Source: Campylobacter sp. (GTDB lineage Bacteria; Campylobacterota; Campylobacteria; Campylobacterales; Campylobacteraceae). Taken from it: 64,000 nt of DNA. A model generated the notes under the pieces. It saw nothing but the letters and a program-made list of their open reading frames with translations, was not told the origin of the DNA and searched no databases. Location: the NCBI GenBank assembly GCA_022775765.1, contig JALFKC010000055.1:3051-67050 (forward strand), read 5' to 3'. Shown here one piece after another: positions 62,158-64,000 of this stretch. Both the position numbers and the translations under genes were made by a program. The stretch's first letter is position 1, and each line of letters opens with the position of its first letter.

Positions 62158-62508
62158 TTAACCCTTTATGATTTGATTTTTTTCATCTACATGAACTATG
62201 GTTGGTGTGAAATTTTTAGCTTCATCTAAATTCATACTCACATAACTAACTATAATCACAATATCTCCAACGCAAACTTTCCTAGCGGCCGCACCATTTA
62301 GGCAAATCTCACCTCTTTTTTGCCCTTCGATTATATATGTTGCAAATCTCTCGCCATTATTGATATTTAAAATCTCAACCTTTTGAAAAGGTAGTAAATT
62401 CGCAGCCTTTAAAAGCTCTTTGTCTATTGTGATAGAGCCGACATAGTTTAAATTTGCGTCTGTGACTGTGGCTCTGTGAATTTTGCTTTGAAGCATTTCA
62501 ATTTTCAT
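62158..62508 (-). CDS. panD: Aspartate 1-decarboxylase
   Basis: [34 protein letters not shown]. Confidence 0.97.
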   Translation of the reverse strand: MKIEMLQSKIHRATVTDANLNYVGSITIDKELLKAANLLPFQKVEILNINNGERFATYIIEGQKRGEICLNGAAARKVCVGDIVIIVSYVSMNLDEAKNFTPTIVHVDEKNQIIKG

Positions 62509-63787
62509 CTCTATCCTTTAAAATTTCCAAAACGCACTCTTTATCGCTAAAATGGTGCTTTACACCTTTAATCTCTTGATAATCCTCATCACCCTTGCCT
62601 AAAATTGCGATGATATCATCTGCTTTGGCTAAGCTTATAGCTTTTTTGATCGCTTCTTTTCTATCTGGTTCGATTATGAGAGAATTTCTGTCATTAATCC
62701 CTGCAACGATATCAGCGATGATCGCTTCTTTTTCTTCACTTCTAGGGTTATCGCTTGTGACGATGGCTAGTTTTGAGTAACGCTTTGCAATTTGCCCCAT
62801 TAGCGGACGTTTGGTCTTGTCTCTATCGCCACCTGCACCAAAAACTGTGATAATATTTGGGCTCTTAAGAGCACTTAGGACTTTTTGCATACCATCGGGT
62901 GTGTGTGCAAAATCAACGATGATTAGGGGATTGTTTGCTACAACTTCAACTCTACCACGCACTCCCCCAAAGCCATTTAACGCCCCAGCAATCTCATCAT
63001 CTGGCTTTTTGGTAATTAGTTTTAGGGCACCAAAAGCTGCCAAAAGATTATATAGATTAAACTCGCCCACTAGTGAGCTCTCTAAGTTTGTATCATTTCC
63101 TAAAGAGCTAATAAGTGCGTTAATGCCTAATTTTAGCGAGTAGGCTTTTACACTAAAACTAGCTGGGCTTTGAAGCGAATATGTATAAGCATTTTTGGGA
63201 TTATAACGGATAAATTTATCATCTTTGTTGATAAGCTTTAAGCTCTCATCTTCAAAAAAGCTACTTTTTACCCTTGCGTATTCTTCGAAGGTTTTGTGAT
63301 AATCAAGGTGATCTTGGCTTAAATTTGTGAAAATTTTCAGTGTGAAATCTATCCCATCAATGCGGTTTTGAGATATGGCGTGAGAGCTAACCTCCATCAC
63401 TACAAAGTCGCATTTTGCTTCACTTGCTAACTTTAAAAAGTGCAAATTTTCAAGCACCATTGCAGTGGTTAGAGCCTTTGGGGCGACTTGTTTATCATCA
63501 ATAAATGCTCCCCTTGTGCCAATTAGCATAGCTTTGTATCCAAGGTCTAAAAGTGCTGAGTAGATGGCGGCTGCGGTGGTGGTTTTGCCATTTGTGCCGG
63601 TTATTCCTACGACTTTTAAATTAGGGTCTATATTAAGAAGTTTTTTAGCTTCATCTGCGTTTATGATGGTAGCGTTTTTAACCTGAGGCAAATACTTTTT
63701 ATTTAGCTCTGTTTTTAAAAAATATGCCCCATTTTCAAGTTCTTTGGTGTTGTCGGTGATAAAATTATCTTGTAATTGTATTTTCAT
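62498..63787 (-). CDS. murE: UDP-MurNAc-tripeptide synthetase
   Basis: [53 protein letters not shown]. Confidence 0.96.
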   Translation of the reverse strand: MKIQLQDNFITDNTKELENGAYFLKTELNKKYLPQVKNATIINADEAKKLLNIDPNLKVVGITGTNGKTTTAAAIYSALLDLGYKAMLIGTRGAFIDDKQVAPKALTTAMVLENLHFLKLASEAKCDFVVMEVSSHAISQNRIDGIDFTLKIFTNLSQDHLDYHKTFEEYARVKSSFFEDESLKLINKDDKFIRYNPKNAYTYSLQSPASFSVKAYSLKLGINALISSLGNDTNLESSLVGEFNLYNLLAAFGALKLITKKPDDEIAGALNGFGGVRGRVEVVANNPLIIVDFAHTPDGMQKVLSALKSPNIITVFGAGGDRDKTKRPLMGQIAKRYSKLAIVTSDNPRSEEKEAIIADIVAGINDRNSLIIEPDRKEAIKKAISLAKADDIIAILGKGDEDYQEIKGVKHHFSDKECVLEILKDRDEN

Positions 63788-63995
63788 TGCTTAATCTCTT
63801 TATGATTTCGTCAAATCTAGCGTCGTATGAGTAAAACTCGCTTGCCACCTCTACATAGTTCATAGCAAATTCTCTCATATCATTTTCAAGTAGCAACTCG
63901 ATAAAGTCCATCAGTTCATCTTTGTTTTTTAGCACGAGTTTGGATGAGAACATAATGCTTTGAATATGGTGTTTTAGGTCGCCTTTGGTGCTCAT
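63765..63995 (-). CDS. Small acidic hypothetical protein
   Basis: 76-aa ORF overlapping the murE start. Confidence 0.65.
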   Translation of the reverse strand: MSTKGDLKHHIQSIMFSSKLVLKNKDELMDFIELLLENDMREFAMNYVEVASEFYSYDARFDEIIKRLSNENTITR

Positions 63996-64000
63996 TACCT

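Noticed and set aside
997-62780. Numerous short antisense or overlapping ORFs in the track (e.g. 997-1278, 26849-27442, 51998-52399, 57377-57697)
   Set aside because: They are shadows of well-supported genes on the opposite strand or frame, with no motifs or RBS.
1-64000. CRISPR array, rRNA, intact IS/transposase, integrase or prophage genes
   Set aside because: No regularly spaced repeats, rRNA-like sequence or transposase/integrase motifs were seen in any listed ORF or intergenic region.

Overview
AT-rich chromosomal segment from a non-jejuni Campylobacter (Campylobacterota), probably near oriC: two perfect parS palindromes sit inside coding sequences. Most of the window is conserved housekeeping genes: rsmA, hisF, rlmN, purB, nrdA, cmeR-cmeABC with its operator, ccoG, rpsU, nfo, tRNA-Glu, rarA, purM, coaE, a ctsM-like methyltransferase, thrS-infC-rpmI-rplT, thyX, moaC, tkt, ispA, panD and murE. 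The main accessory element is a glycan cluster (13.2-23.6 kb) for 2,3-diacetamido-uronic acid synthesis, with a Wzx flippase, three glycosyltransferases and a decayed wbpI. Its WbpE aminotransferase carries an in-frame N-terminal PIN domain and is translationally coupled to a small antitoxin-like ORF; this is the most unusual system in the window. Other highlights are a candidate sRNA with an anti-Shine-Dalgarno motif upstream of moaC, a structured rpmI-rplT spacer, a probable menaquinone methyltransferase, a decaying ars operon next to tRNA-Glu, and several pseudogenes. All protein calls come from motif recognition, not database searches. No CRISPR array, rRNA or intact IS element was seen.
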